Part shown: positions 1 to 14,223 of the stretch, in pieces
Layout of the letters: the number at the start of each line of letters is the position of its first letter
Position numbering within the stretch: the stretch's first letter is position 1
Source: Trichinella spiralis
Taxonomy: Eukaryota
Direction: 5' to 3'
DNA length: 46,745 bases
Assembly (NCBI RefSeq): GCF_000181795.1
Contig: NW_003526941.1
Coordinates: forward strand, 9,692,353 to 9,739,097
Notes under the pieces: generated by a model
What the model was told of the DNA's origin: nothing
Database searches by the model: none
Seen by the model: only the letters and a program-made list of their open reading frames with translations
Position numbers and translations under genes: made by a program

Positions 1-1986
1 CTCCAATTCCATGACAATCAAATTCATCTATACAAACAAATATTTCAATTTACAAAAATTTGTAATTAGTTTAAAAGAAAAAAAAGCAAATCATACCAGT
101 TTGATTTTCACTGTAAAAACTTTGTTCAGTGGTTGAAGAACGAAGTTCCAATTGACAAGAAGTTATTTTTTCTTCACGAGCACAATTTTTATTTTTTGGA
201 TCGAACAATAACGTATCTTTGCACTTTTTTAAAGTTGCAATTGGAAAATCAGAAGCATTTTCACATTCGATGTAAAACTGCGAACAACTGTCATCAGAAA
301 TTGCATGCTTGCCAACAACCATTTGATCAGAACATTTTACTGGAAAATCTAAAAACAATGCATAGAATAAATAGTATTCGATTTTCTGCTTTCATTAATT
401 GTAATAATTAAAACAAAACTGTAACAACAGTATTAGAAAACAAAAATATTTTATACATAATGTAAAAACAAAAATTTTGCTAATAATAATTTTAATATGT
501 ATGAAGCTTACTAATAAAAGATTGTTCAGTTTCATTTTTGTAGCCTGACCAAATGTTGCAAATTTTCGATACCTTTTTATGAACGCAACGATTCTGATCA
601 GAATCAAAATAAAATTCATATGAGCATTTCATTAATATTGGCGTACTGTTCTGCTGGCAGTAAATGTAAAACTTTGAACAAACATTCAGAGCAATAGGAT
701 TCATTCCTTTTGTCATGTTGCTACAAGTCGAATAAGAATCTGAAAATCAAGGTTTATCATTTACATTATTATACAATACAGATATGCATTTATTCCACGT
801 GCTCGTCCCTGTTTCCATATGCTAATTTGTAATTACTGTGAATGCTGACTGCACTTACTGAAATTTGAAATAGCAGTCGAATGTGCATAATCGGTTTTGC
901 TATGGAGTGACGATACATTGCAAACTGCAATATTTGAATTCAAATCACAACTTTTTTTGGTTGGATTGAAAAATAAACCATCTTGGCATTTTGCAATTTT
1001 CCCGAAATTATTATTTTCACAATTAATAAAAAATTGTGAGCATGCATTGTCAGCAATCGAATGACGCTTAGCATCACTGCTCAGCAGCTTCGTACAATCT
1101 ACTGATATAGCTAGAAAAAATTAAAAGTTCAAATATTAGTAAAGAAAATTTACGACAAAAAAATACAAACTGAATGCATACACAATGATGAACATTCTTC
1201 AATTTCCGTATAAGGTACACACTGCTTCTTTTCTGCATCATAATACAAATATTCTCCTGGACATGTAAAGGAGGTGGCCACGCCTGCTAAACATTTGTAA
1301 TATTTTCTTGAACAATTAAGAGCAACGTCAGGATATTGACCATCCGCTAAAATTTTGCAGTCAAGTGCACTTTCTTTAGGAATAGCTGAAAAATAATTCA
1401 CCGCTGCCAAAATGTATTGCATTTTTCATGTTTGAAAATTTCGTTACTGTATTACTCACATTCATTGAAACAAGCTTGCACTTCTTTCCGGGGTAAGCAA
1501 GTTTCTTGTAAAACATCGAAATACAAAGGATCAGGACATTTCATTACAGTAGTCACTTGTTGAAAGCAGTGGTAAAATACTGGTGAACATGGATGATCAG
1601 GATGCGAATACTTTCCATCGGATACGTAGGAACAATTAAATTCTAAAAAATAAATTCAAATAAGTCAGTAGTACAATTACACTGAAATTCATCGACAAAA
1701 AATAGAGAAATATCTGATAATAATATCGATAATTTATTAAAATAATTTTACAATATAATATATAACAGACGATCAAGCACCGAGAGATGTTTAAAAATGT
1801 TTAAAAAGTGCTTTGGTCAAAAGAGTTTTACCAGTTTGGCTTGCCGAACAGCAGCAGCAACTCAACGATGCCAACAAAGACAAAAGCAGAGCAAAAGCTG
1901 CCTTAAAGAGAGAAAAAAAACAAAATAAAACCTTTGATAAAGTAGATGCAAATGAATAATCGATCGCTTACCGTTTCATCAATCAT
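1..1986 (-). CDS. Secreted multi-domain chitin-binding type 2 (peritrophin-A/CBM14) protein, 3' part outside window
   Basis: Spliced by hand: MIDET (1986-1972) joins a signal-peptide exon AAFALLLSLLASLSCCCCSASQT (~1901-1832), then about one 6-Cys domain per exon (~1642-1461 EFNCSYVSDGKYSHPDHPCSPVFYHC..KCPDPLYFD..C; ~1386-1185; ~1110-857; ~739-512; ~348-97) and a sixth starting DEFDCHG at the window edge. GT-AG junctions throughout. Confidence 0.88.
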
Positions 1987-4150
1987 TGCGTGCAATTATG
2001 ATTATTATTATTATTTTCCACTTTGTGGTGCAATGCTAAAATGATCGATTAGCGCTTCGACTTGGGGATTTGTTGCATATTTAAAATTTCAGGTCAAAGC
2101 CTTGAGCGGTTCGTTTCGCACTGGGTATTCATTTGTATTCAATTTCAATTGTCACAATTCTTCTAACAATAACTTCTAATTTAAATGACAAAATTCTGCT
2201 GGGTCCTTTTTTCTTATTCTTTGCAACAGCACAATTAAACATATTAAACAGAATCAACGTCACATCAATTCAGCAAACAAGCGCTGAATTTTTAAACACT
2301 TAAATTTGCATAAAATCGAATTTCACAATTCCACTTCGACGTCGGTTAAACAAAACGCCAACTGTAGGCTGTTATGAGAAAAATGTCCAAACGATGATAA
2401 TGGAAACATTTATTGTTCGTTGCTTATGCATATATCACAAAAGATTTTAAAGTTGAATGGAACATGTTTCATCTGTGATTCAGATTTGGCATTTTTGAAC
2501 AAAAAATAATCAAAAACTGCAAGCATAAATTAGGAATTATTAAAAATGTCAAAATCAAGAAAAAAATTTCCAGATCATTTCAAGTGATTCAAGTTATCAC
2601 AGCGTTCGTTCCCCCTTCCAAGTCGAAGCTGAAGGGGGATGATTTGTCGTTGTATTCGAGCAAGCAAGCGTTTGGGCTTTTAGCAAATTTGTGGAATCGA
2701 TTTTTAAAAACGAGACAACGATGCACGCAGAAGGGGAAATTTTTTCAACCGAACCAACATTTATAACAACCGCTGGGCAAAAACCGTTTGAAAATTATGC
2801 TCAGAATTGAACAGACAATCTTAAACAACAAACACAAGAATCCGGATGTCGACGGAACAACAAGAAAATTAAAATATCTTCTAGTACAAGATAATTCGGT
2901 CGAATTGCAATCTAAAAAATGCAATAATATCTTCTCTTCATGTTTCAGGCTTTAATTTGCAATTTATTTCAATCTACTTTTTGACAAATTGCTTTCAGCG
3001 GTAAATGAAAGTATCGGTCGTAAAATTTGAAATTACTCTTCGCGGGTTATTGTTATGGCCCTTATTTCTGGATAAGATGGGAAATTTTATTGAACATAAT
3101 ATAAAAAGGAGCATTACATGCCAACGGTGGTTGTTATTGATCGTCGACATGTTGTTTGTCATGTGTCAACATATCATGGCAATTTTATAAAGTATTAAAA
3201 TTTCATTCTAAAAATGAAAAATAAATTGACACTGAATTCAGAAAATTAGCATAACGTCTCAAATACAGTAATATTAAATGTAGTGTAAAAGCAATGCAAT
3301 GTTCTAATAATAATACAGTTTTTACATTTGCGAATTGCATGCACCATCGTATCGGTAATATTTGATTAACTGTTTAAAAATGGGGAAAAGTCATTTTTCT
3401 TGAATATAAGGTATAAAAGATAGGGGGCGTTTGATATCCAGTGGTTCCAGTGAGAATCCTGAATCAGATATGTTTATCAGACGCAGCCTGACACGCGTGT
3501 CAGTTTTCAACTCTGCCGCCGCTTGTTGTTCATCATCTATCATAAAATTAGTGTGGATACATACTCAGATGAGCGTAAGTAGCATAACAGCATACGAACA
3601 GGAGCACATGAACACACAAAGCAACAACACACGACTGGCGTGGTGATTTTAAAATAAAAAAGAACAAGAAGAAAAATAAGAAAAGCCAGAAAACAACATT
3701 TTCGTTTCTTTTTTTTAATTTCTGTTTTTTTCTTCTTCTTTGGTGCAGTATAAAAGAGCTTCAGCCTGGCATCGTTTCGAAGAAATTAAACAACAAGCCT
3801 GGGTGGTTCTTAAACCACAAGCCAAACGACCACCCACTCAAGACCGGCCGATCGTACGGCACCACTGCTGCAGCTAATGAAGTTGACAGACGCAATTATA
3901 CCACCACCATCATCATCATCATCTTCCTTATCCTTATCATCATCATCATCATCATCACAAACGCAGAACTGACAATCAGCAATCTTGCAACGTTGTCAAT
4001 GATCGTCGCCGTTCAGAAGATTTAAATAAAACTTTGAAACACAAAATTTTTTTTTAATACAGAAACAAAGATACTGAACTATCATCGACCACATTTTCAC
4101 TGCATTTCAAATACACTGCATACAACAGTTGCTCATTTGCAAAGTCGCCC

Positions 4151-7100
4151 ATGCAACAAAATCATGCAACCAGCACCAGCACTTTGATCGTACTTGTCAC
4201 TTGTAAGAGTTGATTTTGATTGATTAATTAATTCATTATCTCATTATAAAATACTTTCAGGCTGCTCTTTTGCTGTTAAAGCAATGAAAGCCGAACGTCA
4301 GCTTTATGAAGATTTACTCTATTTGTATAATAAAGTTGCAAGACCAGTTAAAAATGCTTCCGAAGTGCTCGAAGTAAAATTTGGCGCTTCGTTGATTCGT
4401 ATCATCGACGTGGTAAGTATACATTAAATTTATCAATTTCCCATACAGTTTCCTTTCATTCCCCTCAACAAAACAGTATTTTTAAAAATATACTTGCATA
4501 CTGCAAGTATATTTTAGAAATGTTGTTATTGAAGAAATTCACCTAGGGAAAAAATTGTCACTCTCGATTTTTGCAAACCTATTTATATTTGATACTGAAA
4601 AATATCATATGAAAAACGTTTATTATTTTCGTTCAAAATGTGATTTTCAAACTAGCACTGATATCTATTCTGTTAATTATGGTCATTCTGATCAACAATT
4701 TCAAAAATGCAACTACTTTCAAGTGATCAGATAAATAACTGATAAATTTTAAAACAGAAAATCAAATTTCACAAACAGTGAAATTGTTGTCCAATTATCC
4801 ATCTATTAAAAATATGAATCACTGAATATATTTTTTAAACATTCATGCATTTAGTACTGTTTCATTCAACTTTAAATGTTATTCAATACATTTTCAAATC
4901 TTTGTAAACTTTTAACATCTACACACACTGTTATTCATTCTGATTAGCATGAGCATCACCACCACCAATCATCATTATTATTATTATTATGATTAGAAAA
5001 AGAATAAACATCCTGAACAATTTGTAATGATGAAATCGAGCAAGATATTGTTGCCATTTCAAATAAGAGAGCACTAGCAATAATTTTCTATGTTAGAAAT
5101 TTGAAACTGAAATATAAGTAAAATTAAATCAGCCATAACTTTTACATCGTCTAGAACGCTAATAACATTTATGAGCTTGTTCAATGTCAATGCAAAGCTT
5201 CCTTAAAATGGCTGCATTGGAAAATCTTGCAACTCAATAAAACAATAAATTTTCACATCTAGATGAAGAAAAGATTAATAAAAAAGATAAAAAAAAATTG
5301 TTAGTTCATTAATAAATTTTGATTCTAGTATTACTACCATTTATGTTGAACATATTTTTCTGATTTTGTTTGATATTTCCTTTTCATAGGATGAAAAGAA
5401 TCAAGTTTTAACTACAAATCTTTGGTTAGAAATGGTAAGTAACAACACCTTCTCAATTATGTGCCAAAAATCAAAAAAATTGCTTTCTTAATTTTTGATA
5501 AAAATGTCACACTTTAAGATGAATGTTGCAAAAACTGTTGCTATTTCGATTTCTCCCCTAATTATAAGAATTTATAATTCTATCACTCATCTTTCAGCAG
5601 TGGACCGACTCTAAGTTGACGTGGAATCCAGAAAATTATGCTGGCATTAAAAAGCTGCACATTCCAGCAGAATATATTTGGACACCAGACATACTTTTGT
5701 ACAATTGGTTTGGATCACTATTATTGTTATTATTATTATTATTATTTTATTTTATTTTATTCTGAGAAATAAGAATTTCATTCTATTGCTGAATATTTCA
5801 GCGCTGATGGACATCCCCATGTCACAATTAATACCGATGCACTAGTCTATTATGATGGAAAAGTGTTGTGGAAGCCGCCTGGCATTTATAAATCATTCTG
5901 TCAAGTAATTTATAAATTAATTTCAATCATTCAATACTTTAAATTTATAAATTCAAATAACAATTATATTTACCGAAAAACTTATCATACATAATAACAG
6001 AGATTTAAGAAGTAAATCTATCTTCATTTTTTGAAATTAAATTATTTGAATGGACATTTTTCAACTAAAATGAACTGAATGATGAGAAAGGAAATAAATG
6101 GAAAGAAGAAAAAATAATAAAGAAAGCAAAATTTTCAATCAAAACGCAGTTTGTGCATGTTTGCCGAAATGTGATAGCTGTGTTTTATGGAATGAAATTC
6201 TTGCCTGACGTGAGCAAAAACGTGCATGTCAATAACACACTCCAACTAAATATTAACAATCATGTTAAAAAGTTGACGAAACTTTGGCTATTATCAAAAA
6301 TTAAGCTGTACACAAGAGTTGCATTTTATTTTAATTTTACCTTGCTTTTACTTGTTTCAGATAACTACATTTGGAGCAGAATAAAGTGTGTGGGGGAGGA
6401 AGGGGGGAGGAGGGGGAACAATCTAATATAAATCTTTTTAATAATAATAAAAAACAAAATTATTAAATCATTTAATTTATATTATCAAAAAATTATAGAA
6501 TTTCTTTCTTTCTATCAATTTCTCATAAATTAGAAGGCAGAAATCTTTTCAATCAGATGAATAGCAGCTGACAAAGTCTTCAATTATTACTGAAGCATAG
6601 ATTGAAAATTTTAATCCTAGTTATTTGAAACAGCCACCAATGACATTTTCCAAATCTCTTATTTTCTACACGACTATAGCTTTCGATGAAAAAGCAACGT
6701 CTGTCATTCACTTTCAGAATTTGAAAATTGAAATTTCCATGCACTTGCATAATAATGTCTAGAAAAGGAGATGAAATGAAAATATTAATTTCAGATCGAT
6801 ATCCAATATTTTCCATATGATTTGCAACGATGCTACATGAAATTCGGTGGCTGGACGTACAACGGGTTCTACTTGGACATGCGACAAATTCCAACCAGTG
6901 GCCATAATCTCATCAACACGGCCGATGAGTTCGGCAGAAATGTATGGCGTCTACACGAAGGCATGGATCTCTCCTATTTTTACGAGTAAAACTTACATAA
7001 TCCAATATCAGTGCGTCAAAAATTAATAATCCTCCTCATTGGAAAATATTTTCAAGGAGTTCTGGTTGGGATCTACTGGAATTAACTAGCGATCGTCACG

Positions 7101-9162
7101 AAGTGCTTTATCCAGGATGTTGTGGACAAGACTTTTACATCGATATCACTTTTTACATCACCCTACGACGAAAAACATTATTTTACACTGTTAACCTGAT
7201 CTTGCCTTGCATGTTAATTGCCATTTTAACTACGTTTGTATTTTACTTGCCAACATCCTGTCGTGACAAGATCACGTTCTCAATTTCAATTCTAGTAACA
7301 CTAATTGTATTCGTGCTAGTGCTGGTCGATCTAATTCCGCCAACAAGCTTAGTCATTCCGTTGATTGCAAAATTTTTACTATTCACCTTGTCGTTGGTAA
7401 CAGTTTCCATAATTGTATCAGTGATCACTTTGGATATTAACCATCGAGATGGTTGCACGCATAAAATGCCCAAATGGATCCGTTGGCTTTTCTTGAAAAA
7501 ATTACCCCGTCTTTTGCATATGAAACTGCCCGAAAAATGTGAATCACCCAAAGAAGCGGAACGCAGCCGTCGACTGTGGGCAAAATTACGTGGACAAAGT
7601 GAACAGCTCAATCGTCGCCAAAGTGGATTCTTTCAAAAACTGCCCCCAACAGCCTTCCTCCGATCATCCAATTCCTCCTCACTTGCCTCGTCAATGTTCA
7701 CAGACGGCCGAGAATCATCAGCTCAGCCAAATTTACTATTCATCTGTGAACCTGATCAAACCAGGAGACTGTTGCAAAAATTAATTGCCAACGTTAACTT
7801 CATTGCCGCCCACATCGCCATGCTTGAATACGATCAACGTGTAAGTTTTCTCTTTTTTTTCTCTCCTATTACTTTTTAAACCAAACGGAAAAAGCATTCC
7901 ATGCATTACAATGAAAAATTTCATTATCAAATTATTAAAAGTTTCCTTGATGATGAACTACTAACTAATGAGCAGTATAATTTTTCCACAATTAACCAAT
8001 CACTAAGCTAGCTCTAGCTATTTTCAGTCTGTAAATTCTAATCCAATTTATCAAAGATATTAGTAAAATGTTATTCATTATTAGGCATATCCAATTTCTT
8101 CAGAAATATCATCAAAAAAAATCAGCAATTAACCATCGACTTATTCTTTTCTAAACTGAAGACAAATTTCCACTTTCCGCTGACAGTAGCTAAATATTTC
8201 TTTCTGTTTTCCAAATTAAACATCTTAATTATTACTACCACACAAATATTAAATTTATTACAATTGCTTAGAACATGCGCATAAAGCATTTTCTGATATG
8301 TTTCTCTATGTTCATATTCGCTCTAGATTAGTTGCAAAATTAACCGTACTGAATAGAATAAAATAACTAAACCGACTGATGACAATACTAAAACAGTTGA
8401 TAAGTTGATTTTTTTTCACCACTGCTTGAACATAAATGCAACGTTCTCAATTTACACGAAATAAATCACAAAAAGCATTCAAACGTATCACATGCAATAG
8501 ATTTATATAATAATTACTTTTCCATATATGAAAATAAAATTCCATGTCAGTCTAACTGAATGAATAATCAATCAATCTTTCAAAAGTGATTAATCATCAA
8601 CCCTCATAAATTATCTAGTTTCTACTGATAAATGATGAAAAACCCGTTCATTGCATATATATAATCTATTCTTTCTCAGACAAAGGAACCAAATTCTACA
8701 TACATTCAAATTTGATTGTAGATTTTTTTAAATTATAAATAATAATAAATTACAGATTAGCATAGCTGCTGACAAGCATTGCTGACGTTTGAAATTCATC
8801 ATCGAAACGGGACATTCATTTGTCATTTTTCATACATGAAAGCCGTCAACAACCAATTAAAAAATCACCTATTTCCACCATTTACCTTTCTCACAGAATG
8901 AATGATGAATTCAATTTCACATTAGAATAATTATTATTTGTATTAGTAATTTTTTTTCTTCACTTTACAGCTTTCTGATGAATGGAGCTACGTAGCATCG
9001 GTAGTTGATCGTGTATTTATGATTCTATTTTCTGTGGTAAATTTGCTCGGTACGATCGTATTCGTAGCCCAGTCGCCAATACTGTACGATATTAGCCAAC
9101 CACTGCCAGTGCCGGTCAAAACGCAACCACTCGGTGGAGACACGCTCAGTCACTTGTATTAA
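4151..9162 (+). CDS. Nicotinic acetylcholine receptor alpha subunit, ACR-8/ACR-12/LEV-8 group
   Basis: Exons 4151-4202, 4261-4412, 5390-5434, 5598-5707, 5802-5904, 6795-6985, 7057-7840, 8971-9162 join in frame. Cys-loop [15 protein letters not shown], loop C YPGCCGQ (YxxCC, alpha type), TM1-3 from [17 protein letters not shown]4 exon [17 protein letters not shown]-terminal PLGGDT. The group assignment is less certain than the family. Confidence 0.93.
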
Positions 9163-9461
9163 AATTACAACCGTTGTCTGTTGTGATTTCTGTTTCTTCA
9201 AATATATATATATATATATACAAACAACGTATGAAATAAATTTTCTCATTCTCATATTTTGCATTGACATTATAATTCAATTGTGCTCGGCAAAAATTTG
9301 GTAAAACAGAAAAATGAAGAAAGTATTTAATAATTAACTGGCTGAAGATTTATTTATACATGATCTAATTTGGCAACAGAAGCATGTTTAACAAACAGTA
9401 GTCATTCAGAGTAGCTAACATCCACAGTTGCGGAGAATGAAAATTTTTTTAACAATAACAA

Positions 9462-12400
9462 TCATAAAGCTGGCTCTTCATTAGCCAAGCGAACAACGCC
9501 AACACCACCTCCAAGACGCCTGTAATTCATACTGCCTGCATGCAGCCAGTGATTAGTTTCTCGATCGTATAATTCAACAGTTTTTAAATATGTAGCACCA
9601 TCAAATCCACCAACAGCAAACAGCTGATCATTAACAACAGCCAAACCAACCTATATCAAAACGTCACCTCAGAAGAAATGAAGATTGAACTTTTTCCACT
9701 GAACTGCTTATGCTTATGATTCAAAAGAAAAGAAAAGAAAAGGACAATAATTTGAAGAAGTGAATGAATATAATAATAGCCAAAACCCCTTTCTGTCGAA
9801 TGGTATGATCAACTGAAGAAAATGGAAAAGAAGCAAAAAAAATAACACTTACTCCGGATCGCCTGTTATTCATCGCTAACACCGGACTCCAAGTATTCGA
9901 TTCCCAGTTGTATCGTTCTGCAGACGACAGCTCTGTCTGCTCATCCCGGCCCCCGACAGCATACAAAAAACCATTGTACACTGCACAACCATGGTGCTTG
10001 CGACGAGTGCCCATCGGAGCCACTGGATACCATTTGTTCACACGAGCATCATACCTTTCCACTAAAATGGGGGTAATTTTTAAAAATAAATAAACCAGCA
10101 AATATTAAAATGAGACAACAACAACAATAAACCAGTGTTCAAAGGAGAACTTCCATCCGATCCACCGACTGCATATAGGCAGCCTCCTAGAACAGAAACG
10201 GCTACTCCAAGTCGTCTAGTGTTCATTGGAGAAACTTTTGTCCAACGATTTGTATTTGGATCATATCTAAAAATGAAAAATCAAAAAGCATATGAAACAT
10301 CAAATTTACAAGAAAAAATTACCTTTCTACAACATTCAAACAAGAAATACCATCTTGACCACCAACTGCATATAAATATCCATCTAATACAGCAACGCCA
10401 ACACTAGTACGGCAAGTGCTCGTTGGCGCTACATCACCCGACCACTGATTTGTATGAGGATCATAACTAAAATCATAGCCATATCAAATCAATATCAAAA
10501 GTTATTAGTCAGCACAGTTAGTTAGAGTTAGAGCTACATTGTTCAATTTTTTTCCATCACTTCACATAATAATTATCATTATAATTTAAACTCGCGTTCA
10601 TATTTCATTGCATTGCAGAGGTTGCAAAAAATACAATTTTCTTATAGTATGAAAAAAATATATACATATAATTACCGTTCTATAGAATTGAGATATGATT
10701 GTCCGTCGTGTCCACCGACTGCATAGAGAAGGTCATTCAAAACGGCAACTCCAACACCACAACGTCTTTTCGACATTGGACAGACGCACTTCCATTCGTT
10801 GGTACGAGGATCCAGTCTCTCGACACTAGCAATAGCATCACCGCTACACCATCCACCAACTTTAACCAGTAATCAGTGTTAAGAAATAAATGGAATAAAA
10901 AAAAATAATAAGCATATTTTATACCTGCATAAAGTATTTCACCGTAAAGGACCAATTTTCGAGGCCGGGTTCGAGGACCTTGCATTCGAGGACGTTCGAG
11001 AGGTAGAAGAAGGTAATTTTTCGCCTCATCAACCAATTCACGGGCACTTTCGTCAGATTTGACCAACAAATCTGAGCTAACAGTGCCGACCAAAAATTTC
11101 GCATTACAAAGTGGTAGACGTACATGTTCCAAAACTTGAGAAAGTAAATGACGTCGATTTGTCAAATCATGACGCACCCAAGCCATCACCGCCTTGAATA
11201 CCTGTTCCTCGGAACGTATGTTCAGTTCATCGCTTGAAATTATATCGATCAACTGATTAACCGGAAGCAGCATGAACTCTTCACTTTCCACAACCTTTTC
11301 AAATAATCGATCAAAATTAATGAATTAAAAATAATATCAGAAAAAATGGAAAAAATCTCACTTCTTGAAAATTGTGCTGTGTAAATCGGTCCGCAATTCT
11401 AAGCAAATCACGGCAAGCATGAGTATCTGCGAAGGCACGAATGCCTAAACAATTGCTCGGATCAAGTTGCTTTTTCAAAAAATCACAACAAACGTCTTGT
11501 ATTTCTTGCATTTGCAACAGACAAGCAACCGGCAACAACGTTTGCACGTTGGATTCTTCGATGAAAATGCACGACGTGTAGCAAAAATTTACAAGCGCTT
11601 CCAAAGCGGTCTCGTCGACCCCTTGAATTGTCACTTCGCTTTGGCGACTTTCGGCCATTTCCGAAGTGAACATCGCTCTGAAATATGGACTGCAAGCTGC
11701 CAAAATCAGTCGATGCGCAAAAATCTGCTTCGAACCGCAATGTATTACCACGTCGCAAAGTTCGCACATTCGTCGCAAACTTTGGGCCGCTTCCAAAAAA
11801 GCCCTCGGGTGCTTTTCTGATATATAATGCATCATTGAAATTGTAGCGGGTGCATTTTCACTCGACGTTGTTGGTGGACTAGTTACATTATTCCCAGATT
11901 CTGTGCCCACTACCTCCGCAGGAAGACTGAAAACAACAACACTTAATTGTACAACTTTCAATAATTATTTCAGAAAATATATCTTCAAATAAATAATAAT
12001 AATAATAATAATGGTGAACAAAAAATTGCATTTAAAATCTACTATTTTATAATTAAAGCAACTGCTATCAGATAGCTGTGGCAAATTCAAAATTTTAATA
12101 TAGTGCAAATCAAAACATCGTTTTCATCGTCATGCATTCACATATGAATGTTGCAGAGTGAGAAAAATTCAAAACAAAATATGTTGGCACTACAAAATTT
12201 GTTTTCCTATTCGAACAAATTCTTTTGTATTTTCAACTAACACGTCAAGGCCACAATCTTCAACGTATCAATACGGCTGCTATGACAAGCAGAATAAATA
12301 AATGTTTCTCAATTTTACATTCTCAACAAGCTTTACACAACATTAAAAATTGGAATCGGAATAGTCGATATTCAATTTGCATTATTAACTGCAATTTCAA

Positions 12401-12705
12401 AATTAAAAATAGTCAAACAAAGGCAAAACCAAGTTCTAGTTGTAAAATCACACTTTAGGACATTATTTAAAAATCTATTGAATTGTAACAATCAATTCAT
12501 TTTCGGTATGTTTGCTTGATGTTGAATTAATTTAAATTAGTATCGACATTTGCATAGTGTTCAATGAACGCATGTCATTGAGAAAATGAACCACAAATTC
12601 ATCTAACGCAGGCTTATAATTATAAAAGAAAACAATCTCGAAAACAGTAGCTGAACAATAATAATGTGCAAAAAAAACTTACGCGTTCTTCCGGGGGGTG
12701 GTCAT
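9462..12705 (-). CDS. KLHL20: Kelch-like protein 20 / diablo orthologue (BTB-BACK-Kelch CUL3 adaptor)
   Basis: BTB ([26 protein letters not shown]), BACK ([28 protein letters not shown]), linker [10 protein letters not shown], Kelch repeats (LYAVGG, VERYD) and C-terminal [12 protein letters not shown] typical of KLHL20. A putative first exon 12705-12683 (MTTPRKN) splices in frame to 11926; the start is less certain than the identity. Confidence 0.92.
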
Positions 12706-13555
12706 CTCCAAGAATTGCAAAATATAAAGTGAAAACAAATTTTATCATACAATTAAGAGTATTGACAGTGCAAACTTTGAAAATCAAGAAAATAAGCATA
12801 CTGTAGTTTTGAAGATAAACATCTTTTGAATTTCATTTCACATTTAATATTTTTCTGTAACTGAAAATGATGAATCATTAATCAAATAATAAATAAACAT
12901 TTCTTTTCCATAAATAATAGTGGTATAAATAAATAAAACAAACTGCATAACTGCATAGCAGAAAGAACTGGGACACGCAGTGTTTAACATGGTCCATTGA
13001 CGATGTGCAAAATCACTGCTGTGCACAAGCGTATCGACGCATGAAACAAATTTTTCATATAATACAAATAATGTAAAAAGTAAATGATTTGTAAATAATG
13101 AACAAAACAAACAAACACAATTATTTTAACAAACGATATAACTTTTCACAATAATAATAGATTGTTCAAGTGTTTTACTTTTTATTCGCGCAAAATATTA
13201 TCCCTAAGTCATAGCATCAATGAAAAAGGAATTCATTTGAAAAGTAAAGTCAACGATTCAAATTATTAGTGAGTATACGTATGGAGTAAAGAAATAATGA
13301 ATGCAACTACTTTAAATTTATAAACATTAACACGATTCCAGAATAAATGCATAATAATTGTTTGAATCTTTGTTAAAATAATATACATGAAGTAGATCTT
13401 GTTGAAAGAGATGAACTTCAATTTTTATACGATCAGATAATGATTGTATATTTACAATGAATGAATGAATGATGAACGTAATTAACAAAATTTATAAAAT
13501 GTAAACGTAGCAGAAGGTTACGTTTAGATAAGTCTACAGAAAGAAAGTAACAGCA

Positions 13556-13638
13556 AGCACGGTGGCCGAGTGGTTAAGGCGTTAGACTTAAGATCTAATG
13601 GACGTATGTCCGCGTGGGTTCGAACCCCACCCGTGCTA
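13556..13638 (+). tRNA. tRNA-Leu (anticodon UAA)
   Basis: AGCACGG/CCGTGCT acceptor stem, A box TGGCCGAGTGG, anticodon arm TTAGA-CTTAAGA-TCTAA, long variable arm GGAC-GTAT-GTCC, B box GGTTCGAACC, TTTT shortly downstream. Confidence 0.97.
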
Positions 13639-14140
13639 GTGAATTTTCAACCTTTAAATTTTTCAATTCTAAATGCAGTACATTAATGAGAATGAAAAAT
13701 TCGTTGATACTGATTAAAAAAAAGTTAGTGTACGTCATTAAAAAAACAAACGCAGTAATATGGCATTAATAAGCTAGGAATAAAGAAACTGAAAACACTT
13801 TATCATCGTTGACCAACGCCAAAATACATTGCATCCAATTACAAAACCGTTTTCATTGAAACTTACAAAATAAACAGATCTCAAAACTAACTTACGTATT
13901 CTAATTTGCATTTTCACTTTTTTAAAGTATTACGAATAAAACTTATATTTAAAAAATCATTCACACAAAGTGTTATTCTGATCAATCAAGCTTAAAATGC
14001 CCATTAAAAATTGTAATGAAAAATTTTGTACAGATTTCTGTTCTATCAGCAATTTTTTAATAAAAATAAATCCACAATAAACTCAACCGTTACAATTTCG
14101 TATATTACATAGATTTTGTAAATGGTATACGGTAAAAGAC

Positions 14141-14223
14141 AGCACGGTGGCCGAGTGGTTAAGGCGTTAGACTTAAGATCTAATGGACATATGTCCGCGT
14201 GGGTTCGAACCCCACCCGTGCTA
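14141..14223 (+). tRNA. tRNA-Leu (anticodon UAA), second copy
   Basis: Identical to the 13556 copy except one variable-loop base (GGACATATGTCC). Confidence 0.97.

Noticed and set aside
9162..9462. Overlapping 3' UTRs of convergent nAChR and KLHL20
   Set aside because: AATAAA signals at ~9235 (+) and ~9354-9349 (-) predict ends that do not overlap.
7243..11820. Antisense or alternate-frame ORFs over nAChR and KLHL20 exons
   Set aside because: Shadows of real coding exons with no independent features.
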